The notes under the pieces: model-generated
Seen by the model: only the letters and a program-made list of their open reading frames with translations
Databases searched by the model: none
Told to the model about the DNA's origin: nothing
Assembly (NCBI GenBank): GCA_951406725.2
Contig: OX597821.1
Span: forward strand, 13,454,001-13,518,000
DNA from: Octopus vulgaris
Taxonomy: Eukaryota
Direction of reading: 5' to 3'
Length of the DNA: 64,000 nucleotides
Shown here: positions 30,001 through 46,240 of the stretch, one piece after another
Layout of the letters: every line of letters starts with the position of its first letter
How positions within the stretch are numbered: position 1 is the first letter of the stretch
Position numbers and translations under genes: made by a program

Positions 30001-30861
30001 AATTTATTGATTTCAGATTTTGAGTTTTCTGTTATCAAACCTGTCTGAAAATGGTTATCAGTTACCTTGAATGATCTAATAATATATATATCATCTTTGA
30101 AAATGGTGCATTTTTCTGCGCATAAATACACTGTCAAATGCCGAAACTCATCCCCAGGCAAAAGATTTTAAAGAAGTTTATCCTTCCTCTGGGGACATTG
30201 ATAAAAGTTAGTTAAGTTTTTTTCTTTCTTTCTTTGTACGTGTCTTTTAGCATGTCATTTGACTGCAGGGAAATATCTTCTAGTTGAAGATATGACGGCA
30301 AGTCTTCCATAGTGTTGGGTATATGAATTTCGAAATTTCTTTAAGGCTTTTCCATTTTTGTCGACATCTCAAAAAGACGCTGTTGAAATTGTAGCGTCAA
30401 ATTACTGAGAAATGACTTGGGCGAATTCAGAAGAAAAGGGAGAATTTATTTTTCTTTGCTGTATTTGTCATAGCATGTAAAATGGTTGAAGTTATTTATC
30501 ATTAGCTGGGAGTGAAACAGAGTTAATTTGTAGAGATAGGCTTTCATAGCAGAGTATACGATGCAGATGTCGTATATATGTCGTATATAAGCTTAGAATT
30601 ACCTCAGAATTCTAACACTGAACTCATTAAGTCAGCTGCGAACAACACATTCGACTGCTCATCATTTGCAACTAATGGCTTGACATCATTTTTCTTTCAT
30701 TCACAAAGAGCCAATCATGCTTATTTCGTTTACGATTTAAAAAGGCAAAAATATTTTATTACTTAAAGTTGTACATGTAGGAAATTGCATTTCTTCACCA
30801 CGTAACTGTCTCTCATCATTATTATCATCATCATCATCATCATTATTATTATTAATATTAT

Positions 30862-31146
30862 TATTTTGGTTTGTCTCAGGTTCGGTGTTATTCCTGGTAG
30901 GGATTATGTGGATAACGGGTTACTACCTGTAACCTTAAGTATCCCCAACTTTTCAGCAGTCTTTCAAGTGGTTAGAACCCTCCCGATATTCCTTGCTGTC
31001 CCTAAGGGACAAACTTTTTGTAGGAGCTCTACCGAGCATTTTATTTCAATCTCTCTCAGCCATGTATCTATATCTTGGCTTGCTGTTCCCAGCGCACCAA
31101 TTATTATAGGCATGACCTTTACTGTTCGAATGCTTCAAATTCTTCC
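30862..31146 (-). mobile_element. R4/Dong-like LINE 3' end with (TAA)n tail
   Basis: Minus strand VKVMPIIIGALGTASQDIDTWL...LLQKVCPLGTARNIGRVLTT*, then a short UTR and (AAT)n. Confidence 0.7.
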
Positions 31147-31345
31147 AGGCAGTGAGTTAGCAGGATCGCTGGCACGCCGGGCGAAATACTTAGCCCTATT
31201 TCGTCCATCTTCACGTTTGTCGTGGTTGACCTTTCCTTTCATTCTTTCGGGATCGATAAATTAAGTACCAGTTGCGAACTAGGGTTGATACAATCGGCTT
31301 AACCCCTCCCCGAAATTGCTGGTCTTGTACCAACATTTGAAACCA
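31147..31345 (+). mobile_element. SINE family B, old subfamily
   Basis: GGCAGTGAGTTAGCAG head; core; CCCCTCCCCGAAATTGCTGG tail. Confidence 0.8.
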
Positions 31346-31750
31346 TTATTGTTGTTGTTGTTGTTGAAATAAAATATTGTATTAATATTGCATAATATTC
31401 TACAACTACAGAAATAGGATTTTTCTCACGGGTTTTCGATCCAGAAAGAAAAAATTAAACAGGAATTTTATATGCAACGTCACGTTCTCATTAAAGTCGT
31501 TTAGTCGAATTTGGCCGGAGGGTGACTTTTATTTTTCCTTGGACAAATTATCAGAAGGCAGTGCACCAACAAGATCAACATCCAGTGACTGAAAACAGTA
31601 AATAAAAAAAAAAATTGAGAATATCTCAAACCAATTCACTCAAACGCGCACACAGGAATGTATAGATTGTGTCTGTTTGTCTGTCTGACTGTCTGCCCCT
31701 CTCTCTCATTACTCTCCTCCTTCCTCTCTCTCTCTCATTTTCTCTCTTCC

Positions 31751-31844
<94 letters not shown>

Positions 31845-32007
31845 CTGACTCCTTTTATCCTTCCCACGTAACCCTTCACTAGTTAGTCATCTCCCTATTT
31901 CTATAAATGGCCCCCAACTCAATATTCTTATAGAACTCAATTGCATTCTGCTATTCCTTCTCATCTCTCTCGAACACATTTCACTATCATCATCATCATC
32001 ATCATCA

Positions 32008-32113
<106 letters not shown>

Positions 32114-32280
32114 CATTATTATTATTATCCTCTGATGTACAGCCGTAAAACTGCACCTATTCACCTCCTTACGTGTATCAACCACATACACCTTTCATGC
32201 TCTCCTTCCCTCTTACCGCTACCACTATTATCGCCATCTCTACCTGCACTATTAATTACTACTATAACAACAACAGCAGC

Positions 32281-32368
<88 letters not shown>

Positions 32369-32370
32369 CA

Positions 32371-32452
<82 letters not shown>

Positions 32453-32454
32453 CA

Positions 32455-32500
<46 letters not shown>

Positions 32501-32518
32501 TATTATTATTATTATTAC

Positions 32519-32551
<33 letters not shown>

Positions 32552-32756
32552 GATTAGTTATTGTTATTATCATCATCATCAACATCATCATTATCAATGT
32601 TATTATTATAGATATCTAGGTAATCCTCAAATTGCTTGAGAAAATAGCTTAATCTCCCTCAAATCAAATTATGACGGTCTTAAATAACGAACGTATTGGT
32701 CATGTTTGGCGAGCTTTTATATCACTAAGTCTGACCGACAACAATGACTACCACTA

Positions 32757-32805
<49 letters not shown>

Positions 32806-33170
32806 TATTACTACTACTGCTGCTACTACTTTTACAGCTCGTTTCATTCCTCTTCTGTAACCTTTGAAACACTTGACTCGCCAGTCGACTCGTCACTCGA
32901 CCCGTGGATTTCCCAATCTTCCTTGCGGCCTCTACATCATTTTCCTATTTTATGTCATCTTCCTTCTTCTTTATCCTCCTCTCCTGCTCTCTCTCTCTCT
33001 CTCTCTCTCTTCTTCTTCTCTAACTCTCTATCTCTCCCTCTCTCTCTCTCTCCGTCTTTGTTCGACTGCACAAACATCCATTGATGCTTGCATCGCTTCC
33101 CTTCTTTTAACACGTCCGGAAACTTTCAGCATTCTTTCCTCCCTCCCTCCCTCACTCACTCCCACGCTCA

Positions 33171-33224
<54 letters not shown>

Positions 33225-33476
33225 GTATGTATGTAAGCAAATATATATGTTATATGCATATAAAAACGCATAGATATATACATGTATGTATATATACACA
33301 CGTATATATGCATGTATATATATATATATATATATATACATATACACACACACACACATATATATACATATATACGTATGGGTATATATGTATATATATA
33401 TGTATATATATGTATATATATATATATATGCTTTTATATATATATATATATGTATATATGCGTATATATATATATA

Positions 33477-33507
<31 letters not shown>

Positions 33508-33870
33508 GTATACATACACACATATATATACATGTGTCTGTGTATGTGTAAGTGTGTGTGTGTACCTCATCTGTCGTGCTTCGTTTGATCCACACCTTTT
33601 ATCGTCCTGTCATCTCTCAACAACACCAATACCAGTACCATCATCATCACATATACACCCACACCCACTCACACAAACACAGATAAACGCGCGCGCGCGC
33701 ACACACACACAGACACTCACACACACACACACACACGCGCGCAGGCACGCACACAAGCTCATTCACACGTACATACACGCCGACACAATCACTATGTATT
33801 TACTGGACCTTCAAGAAACAGCATCGGAATCACTGCCAAATCAGAGCTTACAATTTTAAAAAATGGCGGA

Positions 33871-33974
<104 letters not shown>

Positions 33975-34839
33975 AATTGCAGATATACAAAATCAAATGA
34001 GGTGGCCATGGTTGGCGTACGTTTGCTCCACAGCTTAGACTGATCAGAGCTGAATTAGGAGTAAACAACAGCCATGTTGTTTTTTCCTGTTCTCTGATTT
34101 TCCAGATATCTAACAACAGTACGCCATAGTCTGCTTGCTTTCATTTATTCAATCAGCGAAATCTGCTTTCCATCTCCCGTGTTTCGTTTGTTGTCTTGCG
34201 TTTTATATATTCATATGTTTATTCACTTGTGCATATTTGTTTTTGTAAATTTTTGGTTCTTGGTTTCTATCCCACTGCTTGGTTGGTTGTACGTTCCAAG
34301 TGCACAATATTATGTCAAATATATTTAACCCATCCTGCCTCTTCCTTTCTTTCTGTCTCTGTCTCTCTTGCTGCAAGCCCTGTCTCACGTGCGTGTCTAT
34401 GTGTATCTGTATAAAATCTGAAGAAAACAATAGGCCAGACCAGTCATACATTCGTGCATAATGATAATACACAGCAATCTCTCGCTCTGTCTGTCCCCCC
34501 CTCTCTCTCTCTCTTTCTCTCTGTACATATATATGCACATGAACATCTAAACATACATACATACTTATATACATACAGGCATACATATGTATATATATAT
34601 AGATAGATAGATAGATAGTATATATATATAGATAGATAGATATAAAAGGTACATACATGTGTATATATACATATAGATATAAATGCGAACATATATGTAC
34701 ACACTTAGAAACACGCAGACAAACAGAGAGAGAGAGAGAGAGAGATGTATTCTAAGTTCTTTATTCTAAGAAGCCTATTTTCCTTTGAACAGATAACCTC
34801 AAGACACACACGTGTCATATATATATAGACAAGTATATA

Positions 34840-34876
<37 letters not shown>

Positions 34877-34902
34877 TCATTATATATATATATCTATGTA
34901 TG

Positions 34903-34950
<48 letters not shown>

Positions 34951-35190
34951 CATAGATAGATAGATATATAGATAGATATAGGTATGTATATACATATATA
35001 TATATATATACATGTATATATATGTATATATATATATGTACATATATATATAGGTATATATATATATATATATATGCATACATATATATATATATATATA
35101 CATACATGCATACATATATATATATATATGTTTTACATATATATATATATATATGTTTTACATTTATGTGCTTACTCCGGTATATATATG

Positions 35191-35230
<40 letters not shown>

Positions 35231-36292
35231 ATTTGCCAGCTTAACTAGAAATATGGCACAATAGAATAACTGTAATTTAACTTTCTTCAAATTCTTTTGG
35301 ATGCTTACACTAAATAGAGATATGAACGCTAATTTTGAAAACGAAATTAGTAAATATTTATTAGATAAAATAAAAATATTTATTAAATTAAAATAAAATT
35401 AAAGACAACTTTGAATAAGTCCCCCGTTATATCAAACTCTCATTGCACTCAATGTAAGGATAACTACCCAAAGCGGCGTGCTAGTTTCTGCAATTTGCAG
35501 ACAAAATTTAACCAATTGATATAGTGAAAAAATACAATTATAATGGAAATACAAAACGCGAAAATAAAGAAACAGACGAAATAAAATGTCGAGTTGACCA
35601 TACATTACAATTCTGTCTTCATGGTTAAATTATAAGGAATAAAAGGCAAAGTAGAATAAAGGAAACCATTAAGTGTTTAGAGATAATTATGTGATAAAGT
35701 GATGAAGACTGACCATTTATATGCTTATCAATTGTTTCCCTGAAGGATCTTAATTACCCGCTGCCTTTTACAATAAAACGTCTGACTCTCTCCTGCACTT
35801 TAATTGGCCTCTATATAAAGTTGATTTATGACCGTCTAGCTTTTTTATCCTCTTTTGAAGCAATAAGAAGTAAGATAGTAGGTACATTCTACCCCATATA
35901 CATACGTATTCTTTCATATACCCACATAGAATAAATATAGTTTTATTTATATTGATTCAATATAGAGATAACGAATATTTTTTTTTAATTCTGTTAGCTT
36001 GCTTTCCTCGATTTCAGCATGACGTGTAATCATGGGGAATGTATATTGTAATGTGGTGATTGACGATTTAAAGTCTATTCTCAGCATATTGGCATAGAAA
36101 TATTTATTTCTTTTGCCCTTGTTTATAATTGCTTATAATTTTCACCTTTAAAGGTATTTTAATGTGCTGCCACTTTGATGAAATCTTTTGGCGGGGTGGT
36201 GGAAATTTTATCCTGTATTAGAAGTCAATATCATTATATGTTGAATTGAAATTCTAACCCACATACAACGCAGTGTATATGTGTGTATGTAT

Positions 36293-36427
36293 GTAGGCAG
36301 GCAGGTAGGTAGGTAGGTAGGTAGGTAGGTAGGTAGGTAGGTAGGTAGGTAGGAAGGTAGGTAGGTAGGTAGGTAGGTAGGTAGGTAGGTAGGTAGGTAG
36401 GTAGGTAGGTAGGTAGGTAGGTAGGTA
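36293..36427. repeat. (TAGG)n microsatellite
   Basis: Direct inspection. Confidence 0.95.
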
Positions 36428-37019
36428 TTCATCTACTTGCATATTTACTTCTTGTATACATTCTCACTATTTTAGAAACAGAATTCTACATTTAATCTAC
36501 ATTCCTTAAGTTTCCAGAACAGGTCAGCGAGTGACGTGCAATGTCATATTGCATCGTTTTTAAACGATGCAATGTGATTACAAAATCGATGTTTGAAGCA
36601 ATCTGCGGTCGTAGTAATATACACGAATACCTCTGCAAGCATTCTAGTTGTACATTTATATATTACGTTCTCACGGGGGCATTAATTTTTCAGGGGCAAT
36701 GCGTTCCTGTCCTTATAATTACAATTATTTTACTACACTATATTTTATTCGGTAGCAAGCAGTCTTTATTCCATTTCTTATTTTTCCTTTTTTCTTTCTT
36801 TCTGTGGTTATTATTAATGCTGTTGTCTATCATGACTAGTATAATCTGTGGTAGGGGCAATTTTTAAGGGATTCCAGTTAGACTTATAATCAATATTTGG
36901 ATTAGTCCTATTTTCCACTTTAGTTTCATTCATTGTAAATTTTCCCCTCTTTTGTTGTTGCTGTTGTTTTCTTCTTCCACCCAGGACTAACGCCATTAGC
37001 CACAAAGAATAATCTCTGG

Positions 37020-37131
37020 AACTTAGGTGTTTTTACTCAATAAACACTCACAATGCCCGGTCTGGTAATCGAAACCGCGTTCTTACGACCGCGAGTCCGC
37101 TGCCCTAACCACTGGGCCTTTGCGCCTCCAC
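37020..37131 (-). mobile_element. SINE family C head
   Basis: Reverse complement of GTGGAGGCGCA...CAGACCGGGCATTGTGAG. Confidence 0.85.
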
Positions 37132-37244
37132 TGCTGTTATAGTCATGAGACCGATTCATTTAATCTACATTATGAATATCTTTCTGTAATACTAAATAGT
37201 GTGGATTTGTTAATATTCCTTTCTTTACACTATAGATAATCACT

Positions 37245-37504
37245 GATCACTTGATCACTTTGACCGACCAGTCTGTCAGGCGTCCATTTGACACCGCTGG
37301 TCACAGCACGCTGTCCACTCCTCTCTGGATCGCGCCTTTCTCATCCACGTGATCCCAATCGTCCTCTTGAAATCGTCACTCCACTGTCGTGGAGGTCTTC
37401 CGGGTGGTCTTTTCCGCTCACGCGGGTACCACTTGGCAACTGCGTGCGTCCACCTATTATCGGTGAGCCGGGCGACGTGTCCAGCCCATCTATACTTGGT
37501 CTAT
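37245..37504 (-). mobile_element. 5'-truncated RTE LINE with 16-bp TSD
   Basis: RWAGHVARLTDNRWT...WYPRERKRPPGRPPRQWSDDF; AAGTGATC tail repeats; TSD ACTATAGATAATCACT at 37229-37244 and 37505-37520. Confidence 0.85.
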
Positions 37505-37947
37505 ACTATAGATAATCACTATAGATAATATTTTACAAAAATATTTGAGTATTTACTAGAAACCCATTTCACATTAGTTTACAGAATAAAGATCCTAAAG
37601 TTGTAACTGTAGGAGTTCTGACGGAAAATTACTCTGTTTCCATTTGAACAAGCATAAGAGAATGTTGATCCTCGTTGTCCTATGTTCTCTGTAGTTTTCA
37701 GTAAAGCAGCTACGTGTATTAACAATAGCCTAATGGATTTAAGCTGCGACTTAGTGTAGGGAAACCTCTACTTTTAAAAGTTAGCTATTGATGCACTCAC
37801 GCAAATGCATACAACCACAAACACATGTATGTATAATTATATATATATATATACACGCTCACACATATAGTGAATGATGGAATTGTCAAGTGTGAGATAC
37901 GTAACTTTAAAAGTGAAGGCGCCTATACTTGTGTCTGCTTATATTCT

Positions 37948-37978
<31 letters not shown>

Positions 37979-38129
37979 GTGTGTATGTGTGTGTTTATAT
38001 ATACAAATATATATAGATAGATATAGATACACACACACACACATATATATATGTGTGTGTGTGTATACATATATACATGTGTGTATACATACATCAATAC
38101 ACACACATACATATATATATATATATATT

Positions 38130-38171
<42 letters not shown>

Positions 38172-38187
38172 TCATATATATATTTAC

Positions 38188-38225
<38 letters not shown>

Positions 38226-38268
38226 ATATTTATATATATATACATTTATATAGATATATATATATATA

Positions 38269-38307
<39 letters not shown>

Positions 38308-38341
38308 GTATATATATATATTTATATATAGATATATATTT

Positions 38342-38406
<65 letters not shown>

Positions 38407-39282
38407 CGCATGTGCACACAAACATATATAGGGACGTATAGACAAGGGTGTGTGCTGAAATAAAATTATAAAGTATAGGAGATAAAATATTGAGACAGAC
38501 AAACAGACTATTAGACAAACAAACAAACAGGCAGACAGGCAGACAGATAATGTTTGCAATCCGGCAACCCATAATTAAAGTATTTACAAAACCATTACAT
38601 ACAATTTACATTTCCGCCCTTAAGGCAACGTGTTTGCTTTACCCGTTTGTAAAAACTCCCATTTAAAATAAAATAAGCTCGCTCGTGCACACACACACAC
38701 GCACACACACACACAAACACACACACACATTAAAAAAAAAACGGGGAAAACGTAACATAATGCTATGATTTCACTCATAGATAAGTGCATTTTTCTAAAC
38801 CTACGCGTCTGTACTTTACACACAAACAAATTTACGGTTATACGAAATATATTTAAAATAAGTTGATTCAACAGAAAAAGAATTGCTGAATGACAGACAA
38901 GACTTTTAAGCACGAAATCAGGAAACATCAGTCACAGCAAAAGTGTGCACAGCTTCTCAATTTTAGCAAGTGTGTATTTTTATTTTTTGTGTTTGTTTTG
39001 TGTTTTTCTTTTCCATTGATTAGGGGTAGAAATCTGATGATCCGTTTATCTTTCTTCCTTGAACAGATTGTAACTGCACTCAGCTCTTCTCGAGTCCCAT
39101 TCCTGCTTGGTGATACTATCAAGATATGTAGATATCTTTCCGTGTATCTACATAAATATCTATCTGTATATACACCTGCCTTTATATATGAATGTGGTAT
39201 GTATGCACATGTATATGTGTGCGCGTGTGAGTGGATCAGAAAACAGAAGGCATTGTTTAAAAACATTTAAGTGCATACCGAG

Positions 39283-39316
<34 letters not shown>

Positions 39317-39422
39317 AAACTTCACAAAGAAACAAAAGACGAAGACAAGTGGTGTGCGTGTTTGCCGTGTGAGTGTTTGTGTATCAGTGAGTGTGTGTGA
39401 GCGTGTGTGTTTAATGATTAAA

Positions 39423-39783
39423 CGCGGCACAGGAGGTCAACAAAGCAAAATATAGAAAACATGGCATTTTGGGCAAGTGTCTTCTGCTTTGACCCTGGGA
39501 CGACCAATACATTTTGAGTGAATTTGCCTAACGGAAGATACGCATGCGCGCGCGCATGTGTGTGTGTTGTGAGATCAGGTATATTGCATCTGTGTTTGTC
39601 CCCCCACCCCACCCCACCCCGCCAATACAACCACTGGACAACTGGTGTTGGTTTGTATACATCTCCGAGACATAGCGGTCCCGCGTAAGAGAAAAATCAC
39701 TAGAGTGGCGATTTTTTCGGCTAACACGTCTTCAAGGTGTTGCTCCAGCATTACCGCAGTCCATTGACTGCAATCAATAAAAG
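39423..39783 (+). mobile_element. Diverged family A-type SINE
   Basis: TTGGGCAAGTGTCTTCT...GACAACTGGTGTTGG...CTCCAGCATTACCGCAGTC. Confidence 0.7.
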
Positions 39784-40258
39784 GTGTGTTTTTAATGGCA
39801 AAAAGATTTGTTGTCTACCTCGTGAAGTCTGCTCGCAAATGGTTGGCATGAAATTTAAACAATAACGTTGTTATTGTTTAACTAAAGTATGGTTGGACGT
39901 TATTTAGTTGTTATTTATTGGAGCTGCAGAGACCACATTAGAGCTTTCTTATGAGCTCCAGCGGATGTTTACCCCGAAAACCTGAGGGAGTTTTAAGTGA
40001 TATTTCTAATAGACAATGTACTATGTAAAATCTTGTCACTCACGATATTGCCCTCAGCGTTGTTATGGAAGTCACTGCCGCCATCGACATTCATCGGCGT
40101 CATCCTCAATACCATCGTTATTGTCATCGTCATCGTCATTTTTGTTGTTGTTGATGTTGTTATTGTTGCTAATGTTTAACCCCAGGTCAGCACCAATCTC
40201 GTAGACCTATGACTCAAGACTTCCAAACCGTAACCAGTCCGTTTAATATCTCTCTCCC

Positions 40259-40373
<115 letters not shown>

Positions 40374-40436
40374 CCTAAATATACACACACACACACCTAC
40401 ATGAATATAAACATATTTATGCATATATATATAAAT

Positions 40437-40469
<33 letters not shown>

Positions 40470-40561
40470 CACATACAAATATACACATGTATATATTTAT
40501 ATACATACACACTATAGCTATACGCATATACAGACATGTATATATATACACACATATATAA

Positions 40562-40632
<71 letters not shown>

Positions 40633-40882
40633 TAAATATGTTTATATTCATGTAGGTGAGTGTGTGTGTGTTTACACCAGATCTAAATGTCAAAATATTT
40701 TTATTGTGTAATCTCTTTGAACAACTCAAAAACCAGTACCCAGCTCCATTTAGATTACACAATTACATACACCCGCATAGATATATAAACATATGTAATC
40801 GTGAATATGTAATATATACAAATACACACAGAGATAAAGAGAGGAAATAACTTCTATGTATGTGTATGCGTGTGTGCGTATG

Positions 40883-40934
<52 letters not shown>

Positions 40935-40998
40935 CATACATATACATAAACCATATGGGTATATATATATATATATGCGTGTATACACGTACCTACGT

Positions 40999-41038
<40 letters not shown>

Positions 41039-41223
41039 CATGTTTGCATGTATGAGCTCGTGTGTATATATGTGTACTTATGCTCTTCCTATGCTAGCTA
41101 TGAATATGCATACACACACATGCTCCCTCGCACACATACACAGACTCCTATATATATGAATTAATCACGCTCGCATGAATTGAATATCTCTCTTTCTCTC
41201 TCTCCCTCTCTCCCTCTCTCTCA

Positions 41224-41258
<35 letters not shown>

Positions 41259-41391
41259 CTCTCAGACATATATATATATATGCATATATTCATATACATA
41301 CACACTATACGTATATATACATACATGCCTACACATCAAGAAAAGTCAGCATATAAATAAATATATACACATATGTATAAGTATGTATATA

Positions 41392-41469
<78 letters not shown>

Positions 41470-42705
41470 AGTGTACATATGTACACACATACTCATGCAC
41501 ACGCATAAATACTTAGAGTTATACATACATATGTCAAACGAATGTTTACATCGAAAAACAGCTACGCAAAACCGATAGACTGTGAACATCAGAAAAATGA
41601 CAGCCATTTTCACAGGAATTGAAACCATTTTTAGCAATCATTTCTATAGAGTTATGCGGGCCGCTGGATTTAACATATTCTGTATTTGTATAGTGAATAG
41701 ATGGTTTTTATTTTATGTTTACTTTAGAATAATTTATTTCTTTATTGTATGGGGGAAGATAAATTTTCGGATTGAGAGATGAGAGAATAAAAAAAATATC
41801 TACTTAGTGTAATGAAATCTCGCATTGACGTTGTGAAAGAAATGCGTAACTCACCATAAGTCATTAAGCCCATACCCACCGCCATTGAGCAATTCATTTA
41901 TAGATTTTGCTGAATGCATTTAATTTATATATAAGTGTATATATATAAGTGTGTGTGTATATATATATATATATATCCATATATATGTAAATATATAATG
42001 TAATGTATGTATATAATATATATATATATAACATATATATTATATATAATATATATGCATAAATATATATATACATATATATACATACATGTATAAATGT
42101 ATGCATATTATATATATATGAATACGTATGTATATATATATATATATATGTTTATATGTATATTCATATGCATGTATGTATGTGTGTGTACATATTCAAT
42201 TCATGAGAGCGTGATTCATTCAATGGATTTGGTCGAGAGAAACTTATTGTTAGGCTTCAGGCTTTCGATACACGTATGTCGTATGCCTGTCTCAAAGTAC
42301 CTTTGTCAATATCTAGACATTGCTTTGACTGTTTTAATAATTGCTATTACATTTTCGCGCGCGTGTATGTGTGTGAGTCTGTGTGTGTGTGTGTGTGTGT
42401 TTGAGTCTCTGTGTGTCTGTGTTTGTGTTTAGAATAATTGGGAGAGAGAGAGAAAGATTGATCTGTTGGCAGCTGAATAGATACATACTTGTATACATAT
42501 ACTGTGGGCCGGAGGAAACGAAAACACAAGATCCACCCCAAAATAAAAGTATTCTAATATAAGTACCAATGTAATTCTGGGTCTAATGTAATAGACTTAA
42601 CCACAACCCTCAAAAACTACTGGCCCGGTTCCATGATTTAAAGCAATTATTAAAGCTTGTCTCGAATTTTGGCACAAGACCAGCAATTTTGGAGGAGGGT
42701 AAGTA

Positions 42706-43273
42706 TTGGGTTGCCCGGAAAGTTCGTGCCGATTTTTAGCAGCTTACCTTTCAACTTATTTTGGAACATGGTTGAGTCCATAAAATAAGATTTGACTACA
42801 CCTCCATTTAGAGCACAGATTAAGCTATCTTTTTGTGGAAGAAGATTTATGTTCTTATAACCTGTGTAAATTCTGTAACCCTTTAAAATAGAAGATAGAA
42901 AAGTTCATTTTCGGTACTTGATGCTTTGGGAACCAGACAAAAATTCCTGCAGCTCGGCTGGGATGTGTTACCCAACCCTCCATATTCACCAGATATTGCT
43001 TCTTCGGATTTCCACTTATTCAGGTCTCTGCAGAATAGTCTTAATGGTAAAAATTTCAATTCCTTGGATGACGTAAAAAGATACCTTTGATGAATTCTTT
43101 GCCATGAAACCACCTCTATTCTGGGAAGAGGGTATTTTCAAGTTAAAGGAAAGATGGACACGCATTGTGCAACAAAATGGTTCGTATTTGGTTGATTAAA
43201 AAATGTAATGGCAAATATTTATTGACCTTTTTCTTTCCTTTAAAAATTGGCACGAACTTTCCGGACAGCCCAA
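42706..43273 (+). mobile_element. Internally deleted mariner element nested in a family B SINE
   Basis: About 32-bp TIRs TTGGGTTGCCCGGAAAGTTCGTGCCGATTTTT; 5' TA; transposase C-terminus LGWDVLPNPPYSPDIASSDFHLFRSLQN; SINE halves at 42665-42703 and 43274-43436. Confidence 0.9.
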
Positions 43274-43834
43274 TGGATTTCATCGACCCCAATGCTCAAC
43301 TAATTCTTATTTTATCCACCCCGATAGGATGAAAAGCAAAGTTAACCTCAACGGAATTTGAACTTAGTACGTAAAGACAGACGAAATGATGTTAAGTATT
43401 TCGTCGGGTGCGCTTATGGTTCTGCCAGCTCGCCGCTCTAACAATTCCGAATGTTGGTTTTATATTTTTGTACAAGGACAGAAATTTTCAGAGAAGGTAT
43501 GTCGATTACACCGACCTCGCTGCTTAACTGGTACTTATTCTATCGATCCTGATTCTACCAGGTTGCCACTCAAACAATTATTATCGTTGTCAATTTTAAC
43601 ACTGTGAGGTGACAAAGTTGTGTTTCTGCCAGCTCAAAGCGTCGAAGAAAATGCTTAGGAGTATTTTTTCTTGCAGATGACGTTCTGAGTTCAGATTCTC
43701 TCAAAGCCACCTTTACTTTTTATGTATTCGGAGTTAATAAAAAAAAAAAAGGCAAGTCAAAGACAGGTGAACCATGTAATCGTCTTGCCCCTTGCCCTCG
43801 ATATTTCAGACATTTTGTCTAAGGTAAAAACAAT

Positions 43835-44146
43835 TGTGGAGGTGCAATGGCTCGGTGGTTACAGCAGCGGACTCGCGGTCGGAGTATCGCGGTTTCAATT
43901 CCCAGACCGGGCGTTCTGTGTGTTTATTGAGCGAAAAAACACCTAAAAGCTCCACGATCCTCCGGCAAGGGGGTGGTGGTGACCCCTGTTGTACTCTTTC
44001 GCCACAGCTTTCTCTCAGTCTCTCTTCCTGTTTCTTGAGTAACGCTGCGATGGACTGGCGTCCCATCCAGCTGGAGTGGGGGGAGACATACGCCACAGAA
44101 ACCGGGAAACCGGGCCCATGAGCCTGGCTAGGCTTGAAAAGGGCGA
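43835..44146 (+). mobile_element. SINE family C, tail type 1
   Basis: Family C tRNA head; tail GCTGCGATGGACTGGCGTCCCATCCAG...GAAACCGGGAAACCGGG. Confidence 0.85.
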
Positions 44147-44773
44147 CGTATGTATGGATATGTAAGAATTATTGTTGTTTAGTCCTAAACCACTCCTAAT
44201 CAAACCAGGACTTTGTTCAAAGCGTTCCATCAATAACCATCTCTTCTTGTTTTTACACAATTCATACAGGACTACATAATTATACTCAGTCTTGTTTTAC
44301 GATGACACGGTATCATTGGAGGATTCAAACTCGGTTGTTATTTATATCTTTATACCATGTCTCCCCCTACGATAAATGAATGAAAACGCAAACGGTGCTG
44401 CTTTTATTGCTAATTTTGCATATGTCTTCAATATTCTCTTTGTTATTGCTGTTGTTCTTATTAATGTAAATATTTTGCAAATGTTTTTCTTCTATGTTGA
44501 GGGTTTTCACACCAGGATTATTGATTACATGTCATCAATTTTTTATCACATTTATTAGGAATGCATTGCTGTTTGCGGAGAATGTAGAATGTAATTAATT
44601 TTTTACAAAAGTAACAATTTTTTTCTCTAATGCCTGACGAGATATGAAATAAGAAACTATATGCGTGCACACACGTGCGTGCTTCTGTGTGTGTGTGTGT
44701 GTGCGTGTGTGTGTGTGTGTGTATGCTAATATACATAAATATACATATGCGCATACATCTGTGTTTGCATATA

Positions 44774-44820
<47 letters not shown>

Positions 44821-44863
44821 AAATACATATATATTTGATCACGTGTGTACTCGTATTTGTGAA

Positions 44864-44921
<58 letters not shown>

Positions 44922-45615
44922 CATATACATATATAGTCGATTGTGTTGTCTACAGGTATATACATACATATATTATAAAACTGTAGAATTGAATTTTTTG
45001 TGCCTTTCGGAAAAGTTTAAACGCTCTCTTACCCCCCCCACACACACACACACACATACACACATACACACATACACACACACGCCCATACGCACATACA
45101 TATACCCATACACGCGCGCGCACACACATACACATGTTTACACATACACGCACACACATGAATATTCATGAATGCACGTTTACGTATTTGCGTCTTAATA
45201 TAATCAAATATTACTAATTATTTATAATATTTATGATTCACCGAAGACCTTTCAATTCCGAAAAAACCTATTAATTTTATATGATTGCAAGTACGTGTGT
45301 GTGTGTTCAGGCGCACGAGAGTTTGCGAGCTGTGTGAAGAAAACAAGCATGGGTGTACTACGTAGGATTCATGAGATGTTTTTCACTACGTCTCCTCACC
45401 GGGAAATTAACGTAACGTTTCGCTAGCAGGAGGAATAAAGACGGAATTACGAGATCCTGTTACACACATACACACACACATAAACGCACACACAGGATTA
45501 TATGTGTGTGTATACATACACACACACAAGCATAACATACATTTACATATGCAAATGATAAAGCTTGTTTATAAAGTGAAACGTAAGGACAAGATGAATA
45601 CTTACATAGTTACAA

Positions 45616-45662
<47 letters not shown>

Positions 45663-45664
45663 CA

Positions 45665-45697
<33 letters not shown>

Positions 45698-45775
45698 CTA
45701 TCTTTACACACACATATATCTATCTTTACATACACACACACATATATATAGGTAAATGTAGATAAATTCATACGC

Positions 45776-45942
45776 TTTTACTCTTTCATTTGTTTCAGTC
45801 ATTTGACTGCGGCTATGCTGGAGCACCTCCTTTAGTCGAACAAATCGACCCCAGTACCTATTCTATCGATGTCTCTTGCTGAGCCGCTATGATGGTTGTC
45901 GAGCAATGGAGCGTGGACAAACACAGACACAAAAACACATGC

Positions 45943-45977
<35 letters not shown>

Positions 45978-46128
45978 ACGGGTTTCTTTCAGTTTCCGTC
46001 TACCAAATCCACTCACAAGACTTTGGTCGGCCCGAGGCTATAGTAGAAGACACTTACCCAAGGTACAACGTAGGGGGACTGAATCTGGGGCCCTGTGGCT
46101 GAGAAACAAACTCTTTATCACACCGCCA
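45776..46128 (-). mobile_element. SINE family A, diverged
   Basis: Homology to family A. Confidence 0.85.
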
Positions 46129-46138
46129 CATCATCCCC

Positions 46139-46170
<32 letters not shown>

Positions 46171-46176
46171 TGTATG

Positions 46177-46239
<63 letters not shown>

Positions 46240-46240
<1 letters not shown>

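Noticed and set aside
32864-33859. Longest ORF (331 aa) and the many YIYI/HTHT/CVCV/poly-I/N/L/R/F ORFs across the window
   Set aside because: Translations of stop-poor microsatellites; no domain content
36293-36427. (TAGG)n as telomeric repeat
   Set aside because: 4-bp unit, not TTAGGG or TTAGG
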